DNA of 64,000 nucleotides from Octopus sinensis (Eukaryota). Position numbers and translations under genes: made by a program. Below the pieces are notes generated by a model. It was not told the origin of the DNA and did not search any database. It worked only from the letters and a program-made list of their open reading frames with translations. Where the stretch lies: the NCBI RefSeq assembly GCF_006345805.1, contig NC_043008.1:73036001-73100000 (forward strand). The letters are read 5' to 3'. Below, one piece after another: positions 12,335-24,442 of this stretch (positions are counted from its first letter, which is position 1; each line of letters begins with the position of its first letter).

Positions 12335-13009
12335 TTTTGGTTCCTCCTGTCTGTCTGGTGCTATCTTGTATCTCTGTGTTTGTGTATTGGGTCTAAAAAT
12401 AATTAAGGTGAGTGGGACAGTAGCTGTTTTGTAGTTGTTCCTTGTTGTTGTGGAGTGCCCTGTTGTGATTTATAGTGTGGGTTCTTGGAAGGGTATTAAA
12501 AGGCGTGTCTCTATATCCCATGTTTAGATGTGGTGTTTCAGGGGGCTGTCATTGGTAATTATTATGTGTGGTACAGGTTTGTTGTGGTGTGGTTGTTTAG
12601 TAGGTTGTTGGAACGAAAATTTCGTTGGTAACTCCTTATAGACGGGGGTTGAAATGTCTATCTACTACTGCTGCTTAAACAATCAAAACCAAGAATTCAT
12701 ATCAAATATTAGGACTACTATTAACTGCTACCTACTACCAAGAACTCACATGAGTAGAAAAAAGAGACAGAGACAGACAGAAAAAAGGAAAACGTCTCTT
12801 GCATTTGAAACCTATGGAAATATTAAAACAAAACTTTCATTTAATTTTTCCACAATTTAATTGTTTTTCATGCATTACTCTAATTTGAAAAAGTCACAAA
12901 GACTGAAAACAGTACTAAAATGTTCTTCATGATAAAATTATTTTAGAATTTTCTACCTTGTCTTATTTTCCTTATACATATCAACTCGTGTGTTCCTTTT
13001 CAACCTTCT

Positions 13010-13188
13010 GCACTCGCTACACTCTCGGAGTGGTTGGTGTTAGGAAGGGCATCCAGCTGTAGAAACATTGCCAGATGAGACTGGAACCTGGTGCAGCCAC
13101 TGCCTTCCCAGACCTCAGTCAAACTGTCCAATCCATGCCAGAATGGAAAACAGACATTAAACGATGATGATGATGATGATGATGATGA
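13010..13188 (+). mobile_element. RTE 3'-tail element
   Basis: CTACACTCTCGGAGTGGTTGGTGTTAGGAAGGGCATCCAGCTGTAGAAAC...CATTAAAC(GAT)n. Confidence 0.8.
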
Positions 13189-13230
13189 TAAAGATTTATA
13201 TATATGCAGATATGTTAACATGTATACATA

Positions 13231-14104
13231 CGTGGTCTGATCAACAAGTATTTGGACTGTTGCCATAGTAATGAAGCTAAAGCATGCAGAGTAAAGCCAC
13301 TTGGTACAGACTGACCCTGAACACTGCTGTGCATGCACATTAAGTTTTAACATTCTAGCTCACTTCTGCTCTTTACAGCAGTGCTGGGAATGGAGGCGTG
13401 TAATGTGTGATCGTTACATAGATTATGACAGAGGAAGTTCAGCAGAGAATCTTCGTTAAATTTCACCAAAATCTTGGCGATACCTGCTCAGAGGCCTATG
13501 CAAAGTTTTTAAAATTTTCATCATTCTAAACACAATCAATGAAGATCTTTCACAACTGAAACCTGAGTGTCTTTTGGGTCAGCTGAAAGCAGTTTTGGCA
13601 CAAACTTGGCAGACATACGTCTCATACCCAAATCTTCAGTGATAATGGACTGAACTGAACTGTAACTAATCTGCACATCCTCTGATAGCACACTGATGGT
13701 GGTTCAATGATTTCCCCGCACAGCTGTATGCACATCAGCGATGCTATTTCTGTTCTACTGATTGCAGGTCACACAGGACATTCGTCAATATCAGCGTTTT
13801 TCAGTTATTTTGGAAATGTATGAACCACTTGTAAACGTGTGTGGCTCATACACTTTCCATACACTTTATGCAATTTTGCATGGGCCTCTGAGCAGATATC
13901 ACCAAGACAACTTTCCCTGTCATGGTCAATGCAGCGATCACACACTACACACCTTCCTTTCAAGCACTGCTGTAAACAGCAGAAGTAAGCTAGAATGTTA
14001 AAACACAGCAGAGTTGAAGGTCAACTTTTGCCAAGTGGCTTCACTCTGCATCCTTTAGCTTCGTTACTATGGCACCAGTCCGGATACTTATTGATCATAC
14101 CTCG
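13231..14104. mobile_element. Fold-back mariner derivative made of two 5' ends
   Basis: TA TSDs at 13229-13230 and 14105-14106. TIR CGTGGTCTGATCAACAAGTAT with inverted similarity extending about 280 bp. Plus strand encodes MTEEVQQRIFVKFHQNLGDTCSEAYAK from 13424. Minus strand encodes VQSIITEDLGMRRMSAKFVPKLLSAD (WVPHEL-type motif). Confidence 0.88.
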
Positions 14105-14937
14105 TATATATATATTAACAAGTACAGCTACACATATTTGAGTGTGCTTCTATAGATTCTTTTTAACTTGTTACTCAGTATATCAGTTTTGAACATTTTA
14201 TTTGTACTGACACACCACCCTCATAACTACTGCCCATTTCTTCCTCATCATCATCACCACTGTCATCATCATCACAACTGCTATCACCACCATCATCACC
14301 AACATCATCATCTCTCTAATAGAAATATTTCTCTTATATGTCATAAAACTGACAGATGAAGCAGACATTGCAAGGACAATCTAAATAAAAGGGAGGTGCT
14401 GTGTCGTGTGATGTTACATGGACAATAGTATAAGAAAACACTAAAAGACAATGGTATTAAGTCGATGAAATGTAATGTCTGAAAAGAAAGACAGTCCTTT
14501 GAGACAATTAGGCAACTCCACACTCATCAGGGATAACCCTTACTGTCAACAGCATGTACTGTCTGCCAGTTGTGAACTCCATTCTACAGTCCAATGCAGG
14601 AGTAACATCTTCCACTCCAGGCTTTACTCACTACTCTTGGCTACTGGCCTATACAGCTACTGGAGTGTGGCAGCAGCTCTCTTACCTTCTAAGTGGAACT
14701 TGAAAAAAGTGATGTGGCTTGGTCAAAGGTACAGAGCTTTGCTATTCCCCATTTCAAACACACACACCATACATCTTTCACCTTAACTGCCAGACAGATG
14801 AGAAATACTTGCCCTTCCCAGCCAATGGTAAATGGTAAGGAACTCCTAACAATAAACTTATTCAATTGCCAAATCCATCTACACATTAAAATAATTGTTA
14901 TATTTCCTTAAGTCCTCGATGCTTGAACACCAAATAA

Positions 14938-15129
14938 GATGCAGGAGTGGCTGTGTGATAAGAAGCTTGCTTCCCAACCACATAGTTTGGGGTTCAGTCC
15001 CATTGCATGGCACCTTGGGCAAATGCCTTTTATGATAGCCTTGGGCTGATCAAACCTTGTGAGTGGATTTAGTAGATGGAAACTGAAAGAAACCCCTCAT
15101 GTGAGTGTGTGTGTATGTGTGTGTGTGTG

Positions 15130-15187
<58 letters not shown>

Positions 15188-15391
15188 GTATGCGTGTCTG
15201 TGTTTGTACCCCACTATCACTTGGCAATTGATCTTGGTCCCCATAACTTAGTGGTTCAGAAACAAAGCCTAATAGAATAAGTACCAGGCTTAACAAAAAA
15301 TAAATACTGAGGGTTGATTCACTTGCCAAAATATTCTTCAAGGTATTTCCCCTGCATGGTCACAGTCTAATGACTGAAACAAGTAAAAGAT
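14938..15391 (+). mobile_element. SINE family A
   Basis: GCAGGAGTGGCTGTGTGATAAG..GGTTCAGTCCC..GCACCTTGGGCAAAT, internal (TG)n and tail GAAACAAGTAAAAGA. Confidence 0.85.
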
Positions 15392-16509
15392 TAAATGTCA
15401 ATACATGGAGAGCTGTTTTGGTGCTTTGCATGCATTTCAGACAGGCTCTGGCTGACAGCTCTTCTGTGCTGGTGGAATTTATCCTGTACTAAAATTCCCT
15501 CTACTCTGGTATCATTACAAATCCACAGATTTCAAAAAAAAGCCATAGTCCTCAGTTATACACAGTTCAGTTGATCTTCAGCATGTTTTGTCTCCTTGAG
15601 AATATTCCTTTCCATCCACCATCAATCTATTGAATGCAAGGGATAAATTTCCACCTACTGTATTACCTGACTGATTGAGAATGGTAAACATTTGACAGCG
15701 TTTCAGATTCTAGGCACCTTATCTTAATTTTTGCTTGATCCAAAACTGTATTTTTATCTGAAAGACAATTTCAAAAAGTATGTCTAACTAATGGTGATTA
15801 TAACCATTCACCACTAAAGAATTTCTGTAGAAGCTGCTGCCTTAGTCTATGTCTGAGTGTATCAATCATAGAATACTGAGCCCTCCACGCAGAGTTGTGA
15901 GTAGGATATATATTGTCTGATTTGTGGAAGGTGCCCTTTTCACAAGAAGTGGGCAACAAGAGAGCCAATCCTCCAGTTTGCTGTTAGGAAAATTGTAGGA
16001 AGGTGAGGTATGCAATGTATGTGTTCTCCACATCTGCCCCAACTTTCAAGGATTGCATTCTCTTAATAACTGCTGAGTGAGACCAACACTGCAATTACCA
16101 TACTCTAAATGCATATCCACCTGGAGGTCTGGTCATAATCAAACCTAAAGCATCTTATTAGGTTTGAAGGTCCAGCAGACCATGATGATAGCTAGTGTGA
16201 ACAGGTTACTGAGTTGCAAGGTTACCAATTGTTCATGGTTGATAAATGCTCTTGTTAAAGCCTCATACTCCTGATTTTATCACAGTGATATCACCCACAT
16301 GTGCTTTCCAGTATCTAAGTTTGATCAGGATGCCCTTAGCATCTCTTGTTTGAATAATGGATCAAGGACCAGAACATACAACAATGATGGGAGCAGACAC
16401 TTTGACAAAGAGAGCATGAGATTTGAAATGGTTCAAATAGCTGTCCATTTGGTTTGACTACCAAACAGATACCACTGTTTGTGGAAGCAATGTAGTGGAA
16501 ACAGGACTA

Positions 16510-16815
16510 AAATCAGCTGTAGTGAGGTCACCCATCATGTACTGATACTGAATCTAGTCACTATGTAGTGAACTGAATTCAGGTGTCATAGAACAATACT
16601 GAGACTAGCTGCCATGTGGTGACACTGAGACTGAGTACCCCCTTCACTGTGAATCCACTCACCATGTAGCAATACAAGTCCACTTACCATGTAGCAGTAC
16701 TGTGTTCAGCCATCATGCTGTAACACAGAAGCCAGCCTCCATGTTGTAGTACAGAGGTCAGCTACCAAGTAGCAACACTGAGGTCAGCTGCCGTGTAGTG
16801 ATTCTGAGGCCAAGC
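16510..16815. repeat. Degenerate ~28-bp minisatellite (CCATGTAGCAGTACTGAGGTCAGCT-like)
   Basis: About 10 diverged units containing CATGT[AG]G and ACTGAG words. Confidence 0.7.
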
Positions 16816-17882
16816 ACCTATGGGAACTTTAACTTTTACAGATGCAGGCCATTACTACTTTCCTAGGACATGGGTTTCTTTTTTCCCTTCAGTGTACCTG
16901 AGTCATTGAAGGGGTAGGAATTACATGGAGCAGTGACTTCAGTGCATTAGAACCAAGAAGGGAGCCTGTATGTGACAGGCTTGATTTGTTAAAAACAGAA
17001 GTAAATTCTCTCAAATCTTAATTTACTGTCCTCATAGAAGATGGCACAATAAGCAATGTTGCCATAGGTATATAAAATATAATGGATGGTCAAGGATGGA
17101 AAGCATTTTATCATAAGTCTGCTTGATCAGAGTTAATCTATGACTAAACATAATCAACAAAAAAAGCTAAAGATATTCTATTCTCTTCTAATCCATTCTA
17201 TTGCGTTCTTCAATGAAATAAAATGAAGAGTTTTTGCAATGGTACATGATTGATGTATTTGTTGTTGCTGTTGTTGTTCTTGTTGACTTCTCAATGTGAT
17301 CTGAACAGAACCAACCATAATATATCGGAAATCTTTTATTGATAACCTCAATCACAGTCAACCTATCACACAGATTTCAAGTTTATGAAATGTATTTATA
17401 AACTTTTCAAATATTCTTCTTCATAAAAGACAGATATTTTATAGAGCCAAACATTTCTATTTTAAGTGGCATTGACCAGAAATTAAATCTTCTTTTTAAA
17501 ATGTCCCTTTACGTAATTTATTCTAAACACTGGTCAACACTACCCAAAGTTCTTAGTTATGCACCCATTCTACCCTTTTCTGAGCTGAGTTATTTTTAAG
17601 CATTTGATGTTCTCTGAATGTGTTCTAGTTCAACAAAATATCATCTGTCAATACAAACCAATATTAGATTCCATTCAAAACTATATTCTTCACAATGATT
17701 TAAGAAAACTAAATCTCACTGACTTGCTCGCATGTAATGCCTGATTCATCATAAATAAAGATTATAAAAATCAATTTGAATGCCGCCCATTTTAGTGTTC
17801 GACTATAATTACAGTTGAAGAATAATATTAGCTGGAATTGAATTCCCAATATATTTAACTATATTGAAATAATGAAAATGAA

Positions 17883-17918
<36 letters not shown>

Positions 17919-18352
17919 GTTGTTGTTACTGATGATGATGATGGCAATGATGATCATGATGTATTCTTTAGTTGCCACAAGAGTGCAATCATATGTTTAT
18001 ACAGGGTTACAAAAATGAGTGGTAGGATAAAATGTTATATAAAAATAGGAGGTACAGTAAAGCCATTTCATACACACACACACACACACACACACACAAG
18101 CACATACATATATACATGATAGATAGATAAACGGACAGACAGACAGATGGATAGATAGCTGACAGATAGATAGATAAACAGACAGAGAGACAGATAGATA
18201 GATACACAGACAGATAGGTAGAGACGTTTATCATATGAAAGATTGACAGTCCACTCATCTCCAGGCCTGACTCTGGCTCTCCATGAAGGTGATGGAGAGC
18301 CAAGCTTAGAGTGAAAATTTGCAAAGATTTCCAACCTTTGATATAATAAACA

Positions 18353-18523
18353 TGTATGTACGTATGTATGTATGTATGTATGTATGTATGTATGTATGTA
18401 TGTATGTATGTATGTATGTATGTATGTATGTATGTATGTACGTATGTATGTATGTATGTATGTATGTATGTATGTATGTATGTATGTATGTATGTATGTA
18501 TGTATCTGTGTGTGTGTGTGTGT
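18353..18523. repeat. (TATG)n plus (TG)n microsatellite
   Basis: Direct reading. Confidence 0.98.
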
Positions 18524-19134
18524 ATTTGTGTATCAAGATAAAACTTCTTAAAGAATGTTAAGTAGATATAGAGAAATAAATACTTCAAATTTGCTGTTGG
18601 TATGCATGAACCTTAATGTGAAATTGGAATTGAAGCAAATCTTTTATATTGGGAGGATCATTACACCAAGAATAATTAACACCAGTGTGCATATTTATCC
18701 TTATTGGCATAACGACCCTGCCTCACACAATCACACACCTTTAAGACACAACAAGAGATAGGGACTGTAGAAAAACCGATATTATTTTAAAATAAGATAT
18801 GTCTAAACTGCGATCATCTTCACTGTCCCTCTCCGCTTAGTCTAGGTACTGAAATTTTTCCTTCCTGAAATGTATCATAAGTAGTTTGGATATTAGACTA
18901 AGCAAAAAGATATCCATACCTTCGCTGTTGTTTTAAAATAGCTCTCGTTAATCTTAAAACTATCAGTGTAATGAGTAGCCTGACTATGGTATACTTCACA
19001 TAGTTGAATACCATCTCTTCATATGTGAGCCCATTGTTCGTTACCTAATTATTCTTGTCATCATTTAACTCATCAATTAGTGGTTACTTTTGTACAGAAA
19101 ATACTTTGGAAACCTTGTTAATGTTTCTGTGTAG

Positions 19135-19350
19135 AAAGGTGGTAAACTGGCAGAATTGTTAACATGCAGATCAAAATACTTAGTTGCATTTTGACCATCT
19201 TTAAGTTCTGAGCTCAAATACTACTGAGGTCGACTGCTTTCCAACCTTTCAGGATCAATAAAACGAGTTTCAGTTAAGTACTGGGCTTGTTGTAATTCAC
19301 TAGCTCCTTCTGCGAAAATTTTGGGGCTTGTGCCTAAAGTGGAAAGGATG
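19135..19350 (+). mobile_element. tRNA-derived SINE family M (Meta-domain-like)
   Basis: AAGGTGGTAAACTGGCAGAA..GTTCTGAGCTCAAAT..GAGGTCGACT..CCTTTCAGGATCAATAAAA. The centre resembles the MetaSINE domain as I recall it. Confidence 0.7.
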
Positions 19351-19461
19351 TTTACATGTAGTAATCTGAATTTTTGATTGCATTCCTCTTAGCCTTATTT
19401 TTCTTAATTGGGCTCTTTTTTGAATTTCTGATGCTCTTTTCCTGGCTGTTTGCCCTTCTTG

Positions 19462-19658
19462 GTTTCAAATTTTGGCACAAAACCAGCAAGCTCGGGGGAG
19501 AGGATAAGAGATATTCATCTGGTACTTATTTTATCAACTCTGAGAGATGAAAGATAAAGTCAATCTCAGGGGAATTTGAACTCAGAACATAAAGATGGAC
19601 GGAGTACCACAAAGTATCTTGCCTGGCATGGTAATGATTCTGCCAGCTCACTGCCTTA
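19462..19658 (-). mobile_element. SINE family M
   Basis: Reverse complement of the family M head AAGGCAGTGAGCTGGCAGAATC..GTTCTGAGTTCAAATTCC..GATAAAATAAGTACCAG. Confidence 0.75.
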
Positions 19659-19703
19659 ATAATAACAATAATAATAATAATAACAATAATAATTATAATA
19701 ATA

Positions 19704-20643
19704 AAATGAAGAAACAACAAAAGCTATAAAACAAATGAAATCCAAACTAAAAACAGAACAGCAACGAACCATGATAAAACGATGGCAAGAAAAGCCCCTT
19801 CATGGTAAATACTGGACTAAACTAAACACAAAGGAAATAGACAAAGAAAAATCCCAGCAATGGTTGAGAAGCTCAGGACTCAAAGCAGAGACAGAGAGAT
19901 TTTTAATTGCAGCACAAGACCAAAGCCTCCCCACCAGAAATTACCAAAAACATGTAATGAAAAGAAATATAACAAGTAACTGCAGAATATGTGGAGATGG
20001 ACAAGAAACAATAAATCATATTATCTCTGGCTGCCCAGTCCTAGCTAAGAAGGAATATATTCACAGACATGACAAAGTTGGAACCTACATACACTGGAAG
20101 CTATGCCAACATTATGGAATAACAACAGAAAAAAGATGGTATAGGCACATACCAGAAAAGGTCACAGAAAACGAGAAAGCAACCATACTCTGGGATATGC
20201 CGATACACACAGATAGAGAAATTAAGGCCAACAGACCAGATATAGTTGTCAGAGATCATGAAGAAAAAAATGCTTTCTAATTGATGTATCAATACCGGCA
20301 GATGACAACGTGTCTCTAAAAGAAATGGAGAAACTTTCAAAACACAAAGACCTGGAAATAGAGGTAACCAGAATGTGGAATCTAAAAACAGAAACAATTC
20401 CTATCATAGTAGGTGCATTAGGCATGATAAAAAAATATTCAGACAAATACATAACAAAAACACCAGGACTTACAAACACATATAACATACAGAAAATTGC
20501 ACTACTAGGCACTGCACACATCCTACGCAGAACACTTTCCATACAATAAACATCCGAGCATCACAACAAATCACAGCACATACCTAAGGCACACAGAGCT
20601 GTGCTCGGTAGTGAAGTGAAAGCACGCTATAAAAATAAAACTA

Positions 20644-20714
<71 letters not shown>

Positions 20715-20718
20715 TAAT
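19704..20718 (+). mobile_element. Dong/R4-clade RLE LINE, 5'-truncated and apparently young, with (TAA)n tail
   Basis: Flanked by (AAT)n on both sides. Short 3'UTR 20550-20647. Confidence 0.9.
19735..20549 (+). pseudogene. R4/Dong C-terminus: CCHC knuckle and restriction-like endonuclease, one frameshift near 20270
   Basis: KPLHGKY, LKAETE.FLIAAQDQ.L.TRNY, CRICG..ETINHIISGC, RHD, ILWD, NRPDIVV, (L)IDVSIP, EKLSKHKDL, IPIIVGALG and IQKIALLGTAHILR. Confidence 0.92.
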
Positions 20719-21878
20719 AACATGGAAGTGCTACACTGGTCTCTCCATTCAAAAACAAATCTAGTCTTATAACATCGGTGGAATGGGATAAAGGTACCTG
20801 TGGAAGAATGGAAGAAAGTGGCTTTTTAATGAAAATAATCACAAATACGAAATTTTTACAAAAACTTAACCCTAAAAAGATTGATCTATCCCCTAATGTC
20901 ACCGTCCAAGCTTGTCATGGCTCAATCACTGATAACAAACAAAATATAAACTGGATCGGCAATCACCCGGATCACCAAGGACAGTATACTCGAATGATGA
21001 ACCAGATTCCAAACGAAAAATCAGCTACTGGCTGAAATCTTCCTGAAACACATGAGCTAGAAGTACACCACAACCAGAATATTCTAACAGATGGCCATCC
21101 ATGTTTGTCATCAAATAACCCCCCAAAATAAAATGAAAAATGGTCTAGAGATTGACCAAATTAAACAATCAGTAAGGGATAAAAGGAACGAAGTTGCAGC
21201 TAAAGAATATAGTATAGAGGAAATAATTATAGACCAGCCCAGATCTGATGGAAATGCAATAATGATTGAAAGAGATAATGTAACTGATAAGCTAAGTGAA
21301 ACCAGTATGAATGAATGTGACACTCTCCCAAAGATCCACAATTTTAAACAAAACCTGAAAGTAATTGATAAAATCCACCTTGCACTTAAGGATATAATTT
21401 CAGCTAATGATGTTGATATTACAGATCTCAACCACCTGTACTATGCATCCACGAATATCTCAATGATTCTATGTGGTGAAAAGATTAGAAAATAACAACA
21501 TTCCCACAAAAAGCCTGCTTGGCAAGAGCGTATTCAGCAACAAATTCAGCTACTTAGGTCTGACATAGAATGCTTAAAAACCTTAAGTTAGATAAAACTA
21601 TCTAACCAACAAAAATCTGAAAATTAAAGGAAAATTATAACATGAAACCATACCACCAAAGAAACTATCAAGCAAAAGTACATTATTTACATTATTTACA
21701 TTATTTACAATTGACAGATATTTGCCCTCATCTTGTTTGTTGCTAGCACAACGTTTTGGTTCATATACCCTCCAGCCTTCATCAGTTGTCTTGGGGAAAT
21801 TTTGAACCTGGGTTCTCATTCCTAAGGTATTTTTGGATGTTGTGGTTATCATTATTATTATTATTATTATTATTATTT

Positions 21879-21952
21879 AGGTCATCACTGCCTGGAATCG
21901 AATTCGGATTCTTGGGGTTAGTAGCCCATGCTCTTAACCTCTACACCATGTG
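21879..21952 (-). promoter_or_regulatory. tRNA-derived Pol III internal promoter (SINE head)
   Basis: Minus strand has A box TGGTGTAGAGG, anticodon-like arm TGGG-CTACTAA-CCC and B box GAATTCGATTCC. No paired acceptor stem. Confidence 0.7.
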
Positions 21953-22029
21953 AATAATAATAACAACAACAACAACAACAACATCCAAAAATACCTTAGG
22001 AATGAGAACCCAAGTTCGAAATTTCCCCC

Positions 22030-22076
22030 AAGACACCTGATGAAGGCTGGAGGTATATAAGCCAAAACGTTGTATT
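22030..22076 (+). ncRNA. Minimal type I hammerhead (GAAA mutated to AAAA)
   Basis: GACAC-CTGATGA-aGGCT..AGCC-AAAA-CG-TT-GTATT. Mirror copy at about 21744-21792 (-). Confidence 0.7.
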
Positions 22077-24199
22077 AACAACAAACAAGATGAAGGCATA
22101 TATCCATCAAATGTAAATAATGTACATAATTTCTCATCTCTTAAATATAGAACTGTATTATCAAGCCAAAGTTATATGCTAAAGCTGCCCACATAGCAAG
22201 GTATGAAATTTGTATTAGATTCTTCAAGGACAAAAGCATGTTCAAAAATAACCCAAAAATTTTTACAGGAAGATAGGGAAAATACCAGTTACAGTAAAGT
22301 TTGTCCCATCAAAAGAAGAAGTGCAGGAATTTTGGAATAAAATTTGGGCAGAAGAAAAAACACACAACGAAAAGGCCTCTTGGATTGATAAAATATCTAC
22401 AGACGTAGATTCCTTAGAAGAGCAAAAGTGGGAGGGTATCAAGGTAGAGGATGTAAGATCTACTCTCAGGAGGTCAAGCAAATGGAAGGCTCCAGGAAAG
22501 GATAAAATTCCTAACTTCTGGCAGAATGCCTTCACAGAGAGCCATGAACTGCTAACAAAACTTTACAACAATGTTTTGCAACAACCTAGTATGGTTCCAT
22601 CTTGGTTAGTTAATGGTGTAACATTTCTACTTCCAAAAAAATTAAGAAACAAATGAACCAAAAAATGATAGACCCATAACTAGCTTAACAACAATGTATA
22701 AAATACTAACATCTGTCTTGACTGAATATACCTATAGTTTTTAATAGAAAGTAGCATATTCCCTAATGAGCAAAAAGGGTGTAAACGTGGGTCTTGTGGT
22801 TGTAAAGATCAGCTATTCATCAATAAGGTGATCTTAGAAGATTGTCACAAGTGACGCAAAAACTTGACAATAACCTGGACAGACTATAAAAACGCTTGTG
22901 ATAATCTACCACATAGCTGGATTAAGAAATGTCAGGAAATGTATAAAATATCACCTACTCTGCAAAACTTGTTTGTAAGTATGAGATCATGGAGACCCAC
23001 ACTGACTTTGAACAGTGACAATGAATCTCTTAATGCTGGAGATATAAGAATTTCATGTGGCATTTTCCAGGGTGACTGTCTATCATCACTCCTCTTTTGT
23101 CTAGCCTTAATACCTCTCTCGAAATTGGTCGATGGTGTACAATATGGCTATAAAATGTTTGATAAAAATATATATTATCTCATTTACATGGATGATTTAA
23201 AGCTCTTTGCAAAAAATAGCCAACAACTACTGGGCTTACTAACGATTGTTAAGCAATTCAGTGATGAGGGAAAGGAATAGAAGAGAATGTTAATGCAGGG
23301 TAAGGGCAATAATCAAGATAGAGCTGAATGCAAGAGACAGGATTGAAGTGATCAATACTTTAGCCATACAAGTCATGACTTACAGTTTCAATATCATAAA
23401 CTGGTCAATTACTGAAATATGTAATCTTGACAGAAAAATACGAAAATTATTGCCAATGTATAGAATGCACCAACCTAAAGCAGATATAGAACAAGTTTAC
23501 TTGGCAAGAAAAGAGGGTGGCCATGGACTTTTACAAACAGAATTAACAATGAAGATTGCCACAATTGGCCTAGACACCTACCTGAAAAACTTTGATGATG
23601 GGATGTTAAAACTTATCTTAAAGCATGAAAAGAAGAAAACAGGTAAAGGAATACCTAAGTGAATTCCAAACACAACAAATTCCAGAATTAGACGTACTGG
23701 AAACACGCACAGCAAAAGCTAAGCATATGAAAATCCGTGCTAAAATTGCTGCCTTATTCTTACTGATAAATGGCAAGAAAAACCTCTCAAAGGCAAATAC
23801 CCAAAGAGAGCTAATAGTGCCGATGTTGACAAAGCCCTTACCCATCAATGGTTAGTGTCTTCTGGCTCAAAATTAGAAACAGAAGTGCTTATCATAGCAG
23901 CCTAAGATCAATGCAGCCTACCTACAAGGGACTACCAGGCCAACATATGAAATAATTGATGCTTTTAGGACTGTGAGTATTCATATACACAAATGGTTGA
24001 AGGAAGCTGGAATGGAATGTCTTATGGAGCTTCCACAGAAAGTTTGCCTCTAAGAAACAGGAAAGATTATCAGGAGGGTTTTGAGCATTTGAAAGATTAT
24101 TGAAAGCTTGTGGATATCTAAAGTTACAGGTAGTAACTCACAACTCACATGAATTCTACCAAGAAAAAGACCAATCATGAGTCAAGTCAAATAATAATC

Positions 24200-24411
24200 T
24201 TTTCTACTAAAGGTGCAAGGCCTGAAATCTGGGGGAGGAGTAAGTCAATTATATCAACCTCGGAATTCAAATGGTACTTAATTTATCGACCCCAAAAGGA
24301 TGAAAAGCAAAGTCGACATTGGCAGAATTGGAAATCAGAATATAAAGACGAACGAAATGCCACTAAGCATTTTGCCCAGCATACTAACAATTCTGCTAGC
24401 TCATTGTCTTA

Positions 24412-24412
<1 letters not shown>
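24200..24412 (-). mobile_element. SINE family M
   Basis: Plus strand reads GGTACTTAATTTATCGACCCCAAAAGGATGAAAAGCAAAGTCGAC. Flanked by (AAT)n, with degenerate plus-strand copies following at 24455-24700. Confidence 0.78.

Positions 24413-24442
<30 letters not shown>

Larger units (their letters stand above)
9370..13000 (-). mobile_element. Penelope-like retroelement (Neptune-like), near full length, with inverted pseudo-LTRs
   Basis: About 315-bp inverted repeats at 9370-9685 and 12663-12978 flank a decayed RT plus GIY-YIG ORF. Confidence 0.9.
21680..22158. mobile_element. tRNA-headed, hammerhead-bearing inverted-repeat element, copy 1
   Basis: Inverted arms at about 21680-21877 and 21953-22155 surround a tRNA-like head. 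TSD TATCAAGC[A/C]AAAGT at 21666-21679 and 22159-22172 splits the Dong ORF. Confidence 0.88.
20722..23950 (+). pseudogene. Older decayed Dong/R4 LINE (N-terminus, RT, thumb), interrupted and internally deleted
   Basis: PAWQERIQQQI, WKAPGKDKIPNFW, RPIT.L.TMYKILT, EQKGC..GS.GCKDQL, WTDYKNA.D, GIFQGDCLSSLLF, YMDDLKLFA and ARKEGGHGL. Many stops and frameshifts, and the YKYLG region is missing near 23270. Confidence 0.9.

Noticed and set aside
15480-16450. Possible very old LINE remnants (also 26600-27400, 48300-48800 and 53700-54420)
   Set aside because: Only isolated motif-like words are visible, too decayed to assign without a profile search.
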